Shown: positions 20,361 through 30,774, counted from the first letter of the stretch. The stretch is 64,000 nucleotides of DNA from a bacterium (GCA_963681965.1 OY820579.1:2560001-2624000), one strand, 5' to 3'. The notes: a model not told the origin generated them from the sequence alone. Program-made: numbers and translations.

Positions 20361-20966
20361 ATGAGAATAGCACCCAAATCCAATATTATCATAAGTCGTC
20401 TTCGTCGCTCGGGCATTCTCCGAACAAGCGATCTAATCGCGCTTGGGGTTACTAAAGAGTATCTCAGAAAACTGGCACGCAGTGGAATAATTGAAAATGT
20501 CAGTCGCGGTCTCTACCGACTCCCTAACTCAGATGTATCGATCCACCATTCGATTGCAGTAGCTTGTAAGCAAGTGCCATCTGGAGTCATCTGTCTGCTT
20601 TCAGCCCTTCGGTTCCACAACGTGACAACCCAGAATCCGACTGCCGTCTGGATCGCAATTGGTAGAGAGACTCGTCAACCCACCATTTCTACTGTACCCA
20701 TGCGGTTCGTTAAGTCGTCTAGTAAGTTCATTTCAACCGGTGTTGAGCGTCATCGCACTGCGGATGGACAGGTACGCGTCTACTCCCTTGCCAGAACAAT
20801 TGCGGACTGTTTTAAATTTAGGAACAAGATTGGAATTGATGTAGCGGTAGAAGCTCTTCAATCCGCTCTGAAAAACCACAAAGTTGACATTGATGAGCTT
20901 TGGAAGTATGCCAAACTGAATCGGATAACGAAAATCATGACACCCTACCTAACGGTCACTGAATGA
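20361..20966 (+). CDS. Type IV TA antitoxin, AbiEi family
   Basis: wHTH ending SRGLY, GVICLLSAL.FH..TTQ.P, RTIADCFKFRNKIG.DVAVEAL. Confidence 0.85.
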   Translation: MRIAPKSNIIISRLRRSGILRTSDLIALGVTKEYLRKLARSGIIENVSRGLYRLPNSDVSIHHSIAVACKQVPSGVICLLSALRFHNVTTQNPTAVWIAIGRETRQPTISTVPMRFVKSSSKFISTGVERHRTADGQVRVYSLARTIADCFKFRNKIGIDVAVEALQSALKNHKVDIDELWKYAKLNRITKIMTPYLTVTE

Positions 20967-21844
20967 AAAAGCCGATTACAAATATCTCAGCATCGATCCT
21001 GCAGCGGTTGATGAACTACCGGAAAGTACGGAATGAAGAGTTCAGTGTTGTAGTATCTCGGTACATCGTCGAGCGGTTTCTTTATCGTCTTAGCATTTCG
21101 CAATTCTCGGATTCATTTGTTCTCAAGGGAGCACAACTCTTTACACTCTGGTCGGAAATCACTCCGCGTACAACCCGCGATTTGGATTTACTCCACTACG
21201 GTGATTCCAGTATTGATTCGATGGTGTCAACTATCCGACATATTTGTACTATCCCGTGTGAGGAAGATGGGGTAGAATTCCTGCTTGATACGGTCCGGGG
21301 TGAAGCTATCCGAGAGCAGGCAAACTACATCGGCGTTCGGATTCTAATGTCCTACCGAATCGGTACATTGCATGATACTCTTCAAATTGATGTCGGTTTC
21401 GGTGATGCAGTCGTTTCGCAAAAGCCAAAACAAACCGTTACGGCAATCCTAGAAAATCTTCCAGCACCAGTTCTTCTAGCATATTCGAGGGAAACTGTTA
21501 TTGCTGAAAAGTATGAAGCAATGGTCATATTGGGAATTAGGAATAGCCGGATGAAAGATTTCTTCGATATTTGGACACTTTTTTCAAAGTTTACGATTGA
21601 CGAGTCACTACTTGAGGAATCGATTCTGGCTACTTTTACCAGGCGTAATACACCTTTCCCTAAAAATACTCCACTAGCATTGGCTGAAGAGTTTGCGACG
21701 AATCCAGACAAAATGAAACAATGGTCGGCATTCCTCAAACGAACCCGTGCGACGGGCATTCCGAGTGAGTTAGAAGTGGTAATTGGGTATCTGCATGAAC
21801 GACTCGAACCTGTTCGATTGAATCTTCTCAAACGAGCCGATTGA
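20963..21844 (+). CDS. Type IV TA toxin, AbiEii nucleotidyltransferase family
   Basis: ERFLYRLS, FVLKGA, RTTRDLD, QIDVGFGD, AEK, NSRMKDFFD; ATGA overlap with antitoxin. Confidence 0.88.
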   Translation: MKKPITNISASILQRLMNYRKVRNEEFSVVVSRYIVERFLYRLSISQFSDSFVLKGAQLFTLWSEITPRTTRDLDLLHYGDSSIDSMVSTIRHICTIPCEEDGVEFLLDTVRGEAIREQANYIGVRILMSYRIGTLHDTLQIDVGFGDAVVSQKPKQTVTAILENLPAPVLLAYSRETVIAEKYEAMVILGIRNSRMKDFFDIWTLFSKFTIDESLLEESILATFTRRNTPFPKNTPLALAEEFATNPDKMKQWSAFLKRTRATGIPSELEVVIGYLHERLEPVRLNLLKRAD

Positions 21845-22073
21845 CTTCATTCGGGTTCACCATTTCGGAAGAAATACTCCAAAAACTTCGCAGATTAATC
21901 CCGACCCTGGCTCTCTACTCAAGACATAAAATGACTGCCAGCGTATTCACTTCGTTAACCATGACAAAGCATGAATTCCAAATTGTACTGGAGTGTTAGT
22001 TAACAGTTTGAGAGTGCTCCCGCTGTTAACCGAGAATAAATTTTTGGAAAGCGTAGATTGTTTATTTCTCGTT

Positions 22074-23819
22074 TTAATACCTTATGTTGTAAAAATGAGC
22101 CCTTCGATATTCTGCGATGGAAAACTCATGAAAACGGTTACACCCGGGGAGCCCTAATAGTCCGACTTGATTCAAATCAGGTCGGGCTATTTTTTTGTTT
22201 TGCGCATCGAGTTCCACCTCCACCCGCGTCTTCTTTGCCATCGGGGGCTTCAGCGTTTTTCCGGTCGTCAGCTTGGGAATCCGCATGTTGATCCGTGCGA
22301 TGGATTCATCGATTATTTCGATGCTCTCAACGAAATGAATTACCACCATCCGCAATCTCTCGAAAGGTATTGTTTCCGCTTCTGAGTCGAAGTTTCTAAT
22401 CAATTTTCGACAGATATCGAGATCCCGTTTCAACGCTTCTGTGAGGATTTCCACATTGTATTTCTGCTTGAATTCTGCATCCAGAAACCGCTTTTCACGT
22501 TGTAATTCATCAATCTTCACCTTGCATGTTTCCACGTCCATTCCAGCGCCAATTGCATCGTAGTAGCGTTCGATACTGATACTAAGCTCTTTCAAGCGTT
22601 CTGCCAACCGTTGCTCCTCGCCACTCTTGCCGGCTTTTAATTCCATTAACTTCGCCTGGATGGATTGCTCAATTTCATCGAGTCGTCCGGGTTTCGCGAT
22701 TTCATGCTGGATGGCCCTTAGGACGGCGCTTTCCAGAAAATCCTTGTCAATATAGAATGAACCGCATTTACACTCTTTCTGATTGATGTAACCAGAGCAC
22801 ACATAACGCTTTAGCATGTATTCGATGCGTTCGTTTTCGAGTTTACTGACCTTCTTTCTCCGGATTCCTACGTATGCTTGACCGCATTTACCACAGCGAA
22901 TAATCTTAGATAAGAGCCACTCTTCCTTCTGGGTAACTGTCGGGAAAGCCTTGCCAATGTTGCCTGCAGCCATGGCTTTGCGACGGAAGTACATTTCCTT
23001 GCTCACAATAGGATCGTGGGTGTTCTCAACAATCATCCATTCGCTTTCAGGGCGCTGCTTGTGGGACTTGGAGTTAGTGCGGTTCCAGACTGTGGCACCG
23101 TAGTACACCGGGTTATTCAAGTACTGACCGATTCTCTGCTTACACCACGGTTTTCCACTGGCCGTCACGATACCTTCAGCGGTTAATCGATTTACGATCG
23201 CCTTAGCCCCGAGACCATCATTGGTGGCCCATTCGAAGATTTTACGGATGGTTGCTACTTCCATGGGATCACCTAGAGCCAGCTTTTTATGCACCCTGTC
23301 GCCAATACCAGGCACATCGATCTTGGTGTAGCCGTAAGGCACACTCCCACCATTTAAGAAGCCGCGTGAGGCATTCTCCGCCATTCCCTTGCGGGTTTCC
23401 ATCGAGAGGTTCATCGAGTAAAACTGGTTGATCACTTCGATGATTCCTTCGAAGAGAAAGCCCGACGGGGTATCCGAGTCAAAGCTCTCGCACAGGGATT
23501 TTACTGATACACCGTACTTGTTTAGTAAGGACTTGAAGATGACGGATTCTTCACGATTTCGCGAGAAGCGATCCAGTTTATGTACCAGGATGAATTTGAC
23601 ATTGTTCTCCTTGGCAAAACTGATCATTTCCATGAAGCCGCGACGCTTATCAGCGGATGCATACGCCGATACACCCTCATCCTTGAACATCTGCAATAGC
23701 TGCATCTCTGGCTGATCATTCACGTACTTTTCGATGGCTTTGATCTGGGCCGGAATGGAGAGATCCTTCTGTGCCTGATCTTCCGATGAAACTCGCGCAT
23801 AACCTACGACTCGAACCAT
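22074..23819 (-). CDS. Large serine recombinase (integrase)
   Basis: YARVSS catalytic motif, LDRFSR, PYGY, NPVYYG, Zn ribbon CGKCG...YVC...C, coiled coil; AGGAGG RBS. Confidence 0.93.
   Translation of the reverse strand: MVRVVGYARVSSEDQAQKDLSIPAQIKAIEKYVNDQPEMQLLQMFKDEGVSAYASADKRRGFMEMISFAKENNVKFILVHKLDRFSRNREESVIFKSLLNKYGVSVKSLCESFDSDTPSGFLFEGIIEVINQFYSMNLSMETRKGMAENASRGFLNGGSVPYGYTKIDVPGIGDRVHKKLALGDPMEVATIRKIFEWATNDGLGAKAIVNRLTAEGIVTASGKPWCKQRIGQYLNNPVYYGATVWNRTNSKSHKQRPESEWMIVENTHDPIVSKEMYFRRKAMAAGNIGKAFPTVTQKEEWLLSKIIRCGKCGQAYVGIRRKKVSKLENERIEYMLKRYVCSGYINQKECKCGSFYIDKDFLESAVLRAIQHEIAKPGRLDEIEQSIQAKLMELKAGKSGEEQRLAERLKELSISIERYYDAIGAGMDVETCKVKIDELQREKRFLDAEFKQKYNVEILTEALKRDLDICRKLIRNFDSEAETIPFERLRMVVIHFVESIEIIDESIARINMRIPKLTTGKTLKPPMAKKTRVEVELDAQNKKIARPDLNQVGLLGLPGCNRFHEFSIAEYRRAHFYNIRY
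22105..22153 (+). mobile_element. Candidate attachment-site junction within the recombinase 3' end
   Basis: 39-bp repeat shared with 19465-19503, directly followed by CCCGGGGAGCC (tRNA acceptor 3'-end-like) and a terminator. Confidence 0.55.
22156..22201 (+). terminator. Intrinsic terminator
   Basis: AATAGTCCGACTTGAT/ATCAGGTCGGGCTATT stem (two G-U pairs) followed by TTTTTGTTTT. Confidence 0.75.
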
Positions 23820-23945
23820 TTTATCCTCCTTGCTATCCCAGTAGTAATGGCAATCACTATGCCACGATTCCAGGTGCGATTTAGTGGTTCGAAGTTACAC
23901 GAACGTTCCGCAGAATCAAGTCCAGTCTGCATGCCCCCCGAATCG

Positions 23946-24258
23946 AGTTAGTAACCCTGCAAAGCGAAAAGTGCTTAATATGATCACTTATAGGGTTACT
24001 AACTACCAAAATGGTGATCAAAATGATCACTCAGGGTAACTAACGGTGACCATAATGCTCATTTTGCTGTAAAACTGGGTTACTAACTACTTCCGGAGGA
24101 TTTCTTGAAGAGAATTTGAAGTAACCTTGCATCTCAAAACGATACTCATATTGCTCACCCTGTATAGGTTTGGATGAGCAGAATGATCATTTCTAGGGTT
24201 ACTAACTGGCTAGCTGCTATTCAATTTGCTCACCCTGCTCGAAATTAGGGTTACTATC
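23946..24258. repeat. Interleaved array of 13-bp AGGGTTACTAACT boxes and 17-bp palindromes
   Basis: 13-mers at 23946 (rev), 23992, 24033, 24076, 24120 (rev, partial), 24195, 24247; 17-mers at 23971, 24014, 24046, 24142, 24174, 24217. Confidence 0.85.
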
Positions 24259-24475
24259 GTTTCTCACTGCTTTCTATCTACTGAATAATCCATTAGTTAC
24301 ATCATTCATCAGACTTCGGCATACCTATTGCGTTAACCGGTATCGTCGTGATTCCGCACGATGAATCCAGTTGAAAATGGAGAACAATGAACCAGCCACA
24401 TAATCTTCGTTTTGAAGTCGTGCAGTCACCGAATGCGAGTGTTGCCGAAGAACATGCAGCAATAAATGTGCTGGC

Positions 24476-25849
24476 AAACAGGAGAGTTTCCCCCGGATCG
24501 CGATCTCAGTCGATATGCTGGACACCGGTGTTGACATCCCCGAAGTTGTAAACCTCGCATTTATGAAACCGGTCAGTTCGTATGTGAAATTCTGGCAAAT
24601 GATCGGTCGCGGTTCCCGGAACAACGAAACCTGCAAGCAGCACTCTTGGCTCCCCAACGGGAAAAAAGAACGCTACCTGATCATCGACTACTGGGAGAAT
24701 TGGGGAGATACACTGCGGAAGAACCGCCGCAAGGAACCAACTCAAATCCCAGTATTGGTAACAATCCTCACCACTCGAATCAAAAAACTCGAGTTGTTGC
24801 TTGCCGACCAGACCGACTCGGCTTTTGTGCGGATCGTAGCAGATTTGCGGCGGGAGCTTGAGCATATTCCGCAGACATCCTTCTCGGTTCAGAAAGCATG
24901 GAGCGAAGTCAAGGATGCCTGGGAGGATGATTTCTGGCGATACTTGACTGCAGACAAACTAGACTTCCTGCAGATGAAGGTTGCACCGTTGCTACGCTTC
25001 GCTGTCGACGTGAACCCTGACGAGGCGTTTTTCATCAGCAAGATGGAGCGTCTCGGTTTATTGCTGCTGCAGCGCAAGGATATGGCGAAACAGATCGAAT
25101 CGATACGCGAGGATGTAGCGCGGCTTCCCACCAACCTATCGCAAGTCGATGAACAAAGACAGCAGGTCGATTTCGTACTTTCCAATGCGTTTGGACAACC
25201 CCAGTCGCTTGCAGCGATTGACGAGACCAAAGCGGCTCTCGCCCCGTTGATGAAGTACCGGAAAGATCGCCCTTCAAACGTCATCGAGCTGGGACTTGAC
25301 GATGTAATTCAATCTCGACACTGGTGTATCGTCCAGAATGGCGACCAGCGCATTTACGTCGAGGAATACAAGCGACTGGTCGAGGAACGGGTACTCGCGC
25401 TTGCAGAAAACCACCCGACGATTAAGAAACTGAAAGCCGGTGGCGACATCACAACCGACGATCTAGTGAGCTTGGAACAGACACTCACCACGGAATTACA
25501 ATCCGATGAAGTATCGTTGTTCGACGATAACATGGAGAAGGCGTTCGGTGTTCGCGTCGGTAGTCTGGTCGATTTCATTCGACACGTTTTGAATCTAGAG
25601 AAACTTCCGACTCGAGAGAGTATCATCGGGGCGGCGTTCGATGCATTTGTGCTGGAGCATAACTTCAATGCCGACCAGAGCCGCTTTCTGCGGGCGGTAC
25701 GGGTTGTGTTCAAGGAACGGAAGAAGATCACGCTCGAAGACTTGTACGACGAACCGTTCACCAACTTCGGAGCGAATGCTGTCGAGAAACTCTTTAGCCA
25801 GCAGGAAATTGACGAGTTGCTGCAGTTGACAGGCGGGTTGGCGGCGTAG
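24476..25849 (+). pseudogene. hsdR: Type I restriction subunit R (EcoEI-like), 5'-truncated
   Basis: Begins at KQESFPRIAISVDMLDTGVD...QMIGRGSR (late helicase motifs); nuclease, Walker A and DEAH motifs absent. Confidence 0.85.
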
Positions 25850-25861
25850 TAAAAGGAGATT

Positions 25862-28800
25862 ATGGTGGCAGATCTAAAGATGATTACCGATAGACCTAGC
25901 TTTAAAGGTGTTGGTCACTCCGATGCAGACGCATTCAATCATAGGGTGATTGCTGATTCTATCCTAGAAATCCTCGAAAAAAATGACCCTCCAATGACCA
26001 TCGGTTTGTTTGGTGGGTGGGGGGTTGGAAAATCATCAATCATGAATCTCATCGAATCGCTCCTTGATCGGGACAAGTATGCCTATGTCTATTTCAATGC
26101 TTGGAAATACTCAGGTGATTCGTTTAGACGAGAGTTCCTATTGACTGTTGCAAGATCGGAAGAGATAATCAAGAGCAAATCGGAACGTGAATCCAAAGTC
26201 AACGAGCTGAGTACACTTAGTCACACTTCGATTCTTAAAAAACCAAAAGAGACAATTTCGATATCGAAGTCGGGTGTAATTCAATCCTCAGCTTTCATCG
26301 TTCTAGCAACAATTGCCACCTACCTTCTTATTAGTGGTGGTGAAGTAAAAAGTTTACCAACGATGGGTAGCGGAATATTTGCGTTGGTAGTCAGCCTTGT
26401 TGTTTTATTTCTAAATCAAGTTAAACAGATAATCAAAGTCGATGTAGACAACTCACAAGATCCGAAACTTATCTTCCCTGAGCAATTTGTAGAAAAGTTT
26501 AAAGAATTAGTCAACATAGCAAGCAAAAATAAACCTTCACGCAAATTGGTGTTCGTTATCGATGATTTAGATCGTTGTGAAATCGATATGATCAATTCAG
26601 TTCTCGTTTCATTGAAAAACTTTTTTGAAGTTGATCGTTGCTGTTTTATTGTGCCAATGGACGATTCCTCAGTTGTTCAAATGTTTTCAGCCAAAAATAC
26701 GAACATTGGTTACGAGCAGTTAAGAAAATATTTCTCTGTATCAATACGAATCCCAGTTTTTCACAATGAAGATATTGTTCTCTTCGCAAAGGAAACAGCA
26801 AAAAAATACAATATCTCTCAAAATGTTGCGTATTTAGCGGCAAAAGGGTACTGCAAAGATGCCCGGAAGATGAAACACTTCCTAAACTTATTTATGATCA
26901 AAAGAGCTATTGCCGTTGCACGACACACCCAAGGATATTTGGGTGAGTTAGATGTTAGCAAACTTGAACCCCAGATTGCCAAACTTACAGTTTTAGAGTA
27001 CCAGTATCCAGAGTTTTACAGAGTTATAACCGAGAACCCGGAGTACTTGAACCGATTCACAAATGCTGCGCGCGGACATGAAGAAAATCTTAGCGAAAGC
27101 GAGATACTGTGCGAGTTCTCAGAATCCAAAGACGGGAAGATTTCGATCAATGATGTTTGGAAAAAATACCGTGGGTTGAGAAAGTTCTTGGCTGAAACTT
27201 ACCAAATCGAGATTATAGATTTAGACACACTTGCGAAGCTAAAAACAACGGAACAAGTCACTAGACTCGGTTCAATTGGTTCAAAACTTAGTCGAGCAGT
27301 TACCGAGAATGAGTTTCACTTCGAAGAATTTCTGACTGCAGATTCTGTTCAAGGAAAGGATGAAGCAATTGTTGATACGCTTCAAGCTTCAATAGATGAT
27401 GATCTAGAGCTAGTTACAAGGCGCGTTATTGAAATAGCGCACTACTTATTGATAAATAAAATGTTAATTGCTGAGGAACATAAGAGATTATTTATTGATG
27501 TCACTAGAGTCATCACTTCGAAAACGTTGGATTTTAAACTTCAAATCGAGGATTTGAGTTTTTACCTTAACGAGTCGCCACAGTTGAGCGAATCATTACA
27601 TGACGACATTCTCAGTAAAGTGCAGAGTACTCTCCTTTCACAAGATTCATACACTGACGCTGTTTGGGAAGTCATCAACCATCCCGAATTTTTTAGTCGC
27701 GCTCGGAATGACTCAAATCAATTCAATACTTCCCTTGAACGGTGGCTACAAGAAGTTTTTGATAACCCAGTACGACTGCTCAGTTTCCTTAAAGGTCTGA
27801 ACTCACTTCGATTGACGAAGGGTGAGCGTAAGAACGCAGGATTGGTTGTTCCTTCTGCTGTGCTTGAACACCAACTTGTGTCTCGGATATCGGGTGACGA
27901 CACCGAAATGTTAAACCAAATCAATGACGAACTATATAAGTTATTCCTTAATCCCAACAACGCGGGTGAGTTTACTTCTGACGATACGCTTGATTCGACT
28001 TTAGTGCGAATTCTCAAAGACCTGCTATCTAGGAATGCGGAAACCGAAGGATTCACTCGTTGTGCTGATTTCGTTCTTCGGTTGCCCCGCGAATTGCATT
28101 CAGATCAAGCTTTAAAGTTGTCAAGGTTCTTAACAAATCAACCAATTGAAGAAGAGGAGGAAGTGAGTTCTGAACCAGTTATTGTGGAAAACACACCATT
28201 GGTATTATGTCTCCTTCTTCGGTGTTTACCAAGACTATCTGAAACCCAATCTAAATCAGAAATAGAATTCGTCGAGGGCGTTTACAGTTGCTCTTCGACA
28301 GAACTTCAAGCAGTAATCGATCTGATAAATTCATACTCTTATTTACAAAACGAGTATACATGCAAGCTTCTGAACCAAGGAGTCACTAAAAAGTGGCAGT
28401 GGGTAAAAGACAACTTCCAGACTCTGCACAAAGAAACGGATCTCTTACCCTTTGCAAGAATTTGCCAGTCCTACTTGGGAAATATAGACATAGAGGTTAA
28501 ATCTTTCGTTCAGCAGCTTTTGTCTCTATCGGAGGTGGAACAACTCCAACATGCAACTAATTACATCGTCGAAAAAGCACGAGAATTTGGCGAACCATTT
28601 ATTATCGAATGCATTACGGCAGTAACGAGCAATATTTCGAATCAAGAGCTACCTATTGATTGCCGAACCATCTACATCGACCTCTACAACGCTCTCTTGA
28701 ACCTGATTCCGAGTGAAAGAAGAGGTAATACCTTTGACGAGTTGGTTGCCACTATCCAAATCGATGATTTTGATCTATTGCCAATTTTCACCGAGAAGTT

Positions 28801-29242
28801 CGAACCTTTACGGAGCACAGTAGGTCGTGGGTTGCTTCAACCCCAGCAACGTATTTTCCTCGAAGCAATTGTAAACGATGAGACGAACGACCTTTCGCAG
28901 TATTCTACCTTTTTTAACACTTGTCTACTAAATGGAAAACTATCCCCTGAAAGTTCAACTACACTCGCACGTAGAATTATGAATGAACTACCCCTGTCTG
29001 AAAAAAGTGAGGGGCATCGGATGTTGTTACTCGAACTCACGAATGAAATTACCGCAATGAGTGATGACAAAAAAGATGATTTGTCACAGACGCTATACTA
29101 TTATAAAGATACCGGAGATAATCCCCAATTAAGGGGGAAGGCACATGAGATCAATGAGATGTTGATTTCGAACGGCACAATACGCCGGTATTCACCTCCA
29201 CCACCACCTCCGCCATCTGAAGCAACAACTGAGGAAGCTTAA
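25862..29242 (+). CDS. KAP-family P-loop NTPase with long helical C-terminus
   Basis: GLFGGWGVGKSS, FNAWKY, two TM helices, VIDDLDRC, LRKYF; AAGGAG RBS. Confidence 0.88.
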   Translation: MVADLKMITDRPSFKGVGHSDADAFNHRVIADSILEILEKNDPPMTIGLFGGWGVGKSSIMNLIESLLDRDKYAYVYFNAWKYSGDSFRREFLLTVARSEEIIKSKSERESKVNELSTLSHTSILKKPKETISISKSGVIQSSAFIVLATIATYLLISGGEVKSLPTMGSGIFALVVSLVVLFLNQVKQIIKVDVDNSQDPKLIFPEQFVEKFKELVNIASKNKPSRKLVFVIDDLDRCEIDMINSVLVSLKNFFEVDRCCFIVPMDDSSVVQMFSAKNTNIGYEQLRKYFSVSIRIPVFHNEDIVLFAKETAKKYNISQNVAYLAAKGYCKDARKMKHFLNLFMIKRAIAVARHTQGYLGELDVSKLEPQIAKLTVLEYQYPEFYRVITENPEYLNRFTNAARGHEENLSESEILCEFSESKDGKISINDVWKKYRGLRKFLAETYQIEIIDLDTLAKLKTTEQVTRLGSIGSKLSRAVTENEFHFEEFLTADSVQGKDEAIVDTLQASIDDDLELVTRRVIEIAHYLLINKMLIAEEHKRLFIDVTRVITSKTLDFKLQIEDLSFYLNESPQLSESLHDDILSKVQSTLLSQDSYTDAVWEVINHPEFFSRARNDSNQFNTSLERWLQEVFDNPVRLLSFLKGLNSLRLTKGERKNAGLVVPSAVLEHQLVSRISGDDTEMLNQINDELYKLFLNPNNAGEFTSDDTLDSTLVRILKDLLSRNAETEGFTRCADFVLRLPRELHSDQALKLSRFLTNQPIEEEEEVSSEPVIVENTPLVLCLLLRCLPRLSETQSKSEIEFVEGVYSCSSTELQAVIDLINSYSYLQNEYTCKLLNQGVTKKWQWVKDNFQTLHKETDLLPFARICQSYLGNIDIEVKSFVQQLLSLSEVEQLQHATNYIVEKAREFGEPFIIECITAVTSNISNQELPIDCRTIYIDLYNALLNLIPSERRGNTFDELVATIQIDDFDLLPIFTEKFEPLRSTVGRGLLQPQQRIFLEAIVNDETNDLSQYSTFFNTCLLNGKLSPESSTTLARRIMNELPLSEKSEGHRMLLLELTNEITAMSDDKKDDLSQTLYYYKDTGDNPQLRGKAHEINEMLISNGTIRRYSPPPPPPPSEATTEEA

Positions 29243-30774
29243 TGCTAACAGACCCTATTCTCCGTTCGAAAGTCGATGCCCTCTGGGACAAGTTCTGGTC
29301 AGGTGGAATCTCGAATCCGCTGTCTGCGATTGAGCAGATGTCGTACCTCATTTTCCTGAAGCGGATCGAGGATATGGACGATACACGAGCGGCATCGGCA
29401 CGCCGCCGGTCAACACCGTTCACTTCGTTGTTTGACAATCCCATCGGTTGGAAAACCGGTGACATCGACCGTACCCAGTGTCGCTGGTCGTATTGGAGTC
29501 AGCTCCCCGGCGAACGGATGTTGAAGCACGTCCGGGACAATGTGTTTGAATTCCTGCGGACGCTCGGCGGCGAAACCAGCACCTTCACACAGCACATGCA
29601 GGACGCGGTGTTCATTATCCCCAAAGCGTCGCTGCTGCAGGAAGCGGTCAAGATCATCGAGGAGATGCACATCTCCGAGCAGAACATCGACGTGCAAGGC
29701 GACTTGTACGAGTACCTGCTTCGCCAGTTGACGATGGCGGGGAAAAACGGTCAATTCCGCACCCCTCGTCACATAATTCGGATGATCACGAAACTGGTGA
29801 ATCCACAGATCGGTCAAAAAGTGTGTGACCCGGCGGGCGGCACCGGTGGTTTTCTCGTCGCGGCTTACGAGCACATTCTCGAGGCGAACACCAGTCCCGA
29901 CATTCTCGAATACGACGAGGACGGCAAACCGCACCACCTCATCGGCGATAAAATTGCCGACAAGCGACTCCAGACATTCCTGAAAAGCCACGCGCTGACT
30001 GGGTACGATTTCGATCCTACAATGGTTCGCATCGGCGCGATGAATTTGATGCTCCACGGTATCGACAACCCGAATTTCATCTGGACGGATACGTTGAGCA
30101 AGACCTTCACCGAAAAAGGGTTGTACGACGTCATTATCGCGAACCCGCCGTTCAAAGGGTCGATTGACAAGAACGATATTAACCCCCGGTTCAAGGTCAA
30201 AACCACCAAGACGGAACTGTTGTTTCTCGAGCTGATGATCGACCTGCTGGTGATGGGTGGTCGCTGTGGGGTCATTGTACCAGACGGGGTGCTGTTCGGT
30301 GGCAGCAACGCCCATGTGGACGTGCGTAAACGGCTGTTAGACGCTTGTAAACTCGAAGGGGTAATATCGATGCCATCGGGAGTTTTCAAGCCGTATGCGG
30401 GCGTGTCGACGGCGGTGCTGATCTTCCAAAAGGGGGGCATCACCGATAACGTCTGGTTCTACGATATGCAGGCGGACGGCTTCTCGCTCGACGACAAGCG
30501 GAATCGCGTCGCTGAGAACGACATTCCCGATCTGGTCGCTCAGTGGCAACAACGGGCAACCGCAGCCGGTGCCGACCGTTCGCAGAAATGCTTCATGGTT
30601 CCGGTCGACGAGATTCGCGCGAACAAGCACGACCTCTCGATTTCGAGATATCGCCAAACAGTTTCCGATTCCGTTTGTTTCGAGAATCCTGTAATTCTGA
30701 TTGATAAGCTCTACGATCTCGAGGGTGAAATTCAATCTGATATCGTTGCAATTAGAAAGCTGATGAGTAGATGA
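29242..30774 (+). CDS. hsdM: Type I R-M methyltransferase subunit
   Basis: GQFRTPRHI, DPAGGTGGFL, ANPPF, VPDGVLFG, FKPYAGV, DGFSLDDKR. Confidence 0.95.
   Translation: MLTDPILRSKVDALWDKFWSGGISNPLSAIEQMSYLIFLKRIEDMDDTRAASARRRSTPFTSLFDNPIGWKTGDIDRTQCRWSYWSQLPGERMLKHVRDNVFEFLRTLGGETSTFTQHMQDAVFIIPKASLLQEAVKIIEEMHISEQNIDVQGDLYEYLLRQLTMAGKNGQFRTPRHIIRMITKLVNPQIGQKVCDPAGGTGGFLVAAYEHILEANTSPDILEYDEDGKPHHLIGDKIADKRLQTFLKSHALTGYDFDPTMVRIGAMNLMLHGIDNPNFIWTDTLSKTFTEKGLYDVIIANPPFKGSIDKNDINPRFKVKTTKTELLFLELMIDLLVMGGRCGVIVPDGVLFGGSNAHVDVRKRLLDACKLEGVISMPSGVFKPYAGVSTAVLIFQKGGITDNVWFYDMQADGFSLDDKRNRVAENDIPDLVAQWQQRATAAGADRSQKCFMVPVDEIRANKHDLSISRYRQTVSDSVCFENPVILIDKLYDLEGEIQSDIVAIRKLMSR

Noticed and set aside
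22143-22153. tRNA gene
   Set aside because: Only an 11-bp acceptor-end-like tag; no T-loop (GTTCGA) or cloverleaf upstream
23946-24258. CRISPR array
   Set aside because: Repeats are 13-17 bp, in both orientations and irregularly spaced; the intervening DNA is itself repetitive; no cas genes
29194-29214. Poly-Pro tract as a phase-variable repeat
   Set aside because: Mixed Pro codons in frame at the extreme C-terminus
29410-30443. Long minus-strand ORFs (301 aa, 192 aa)
   Set aside because: Antisense shadows of GC-rich hsdM with no motifs
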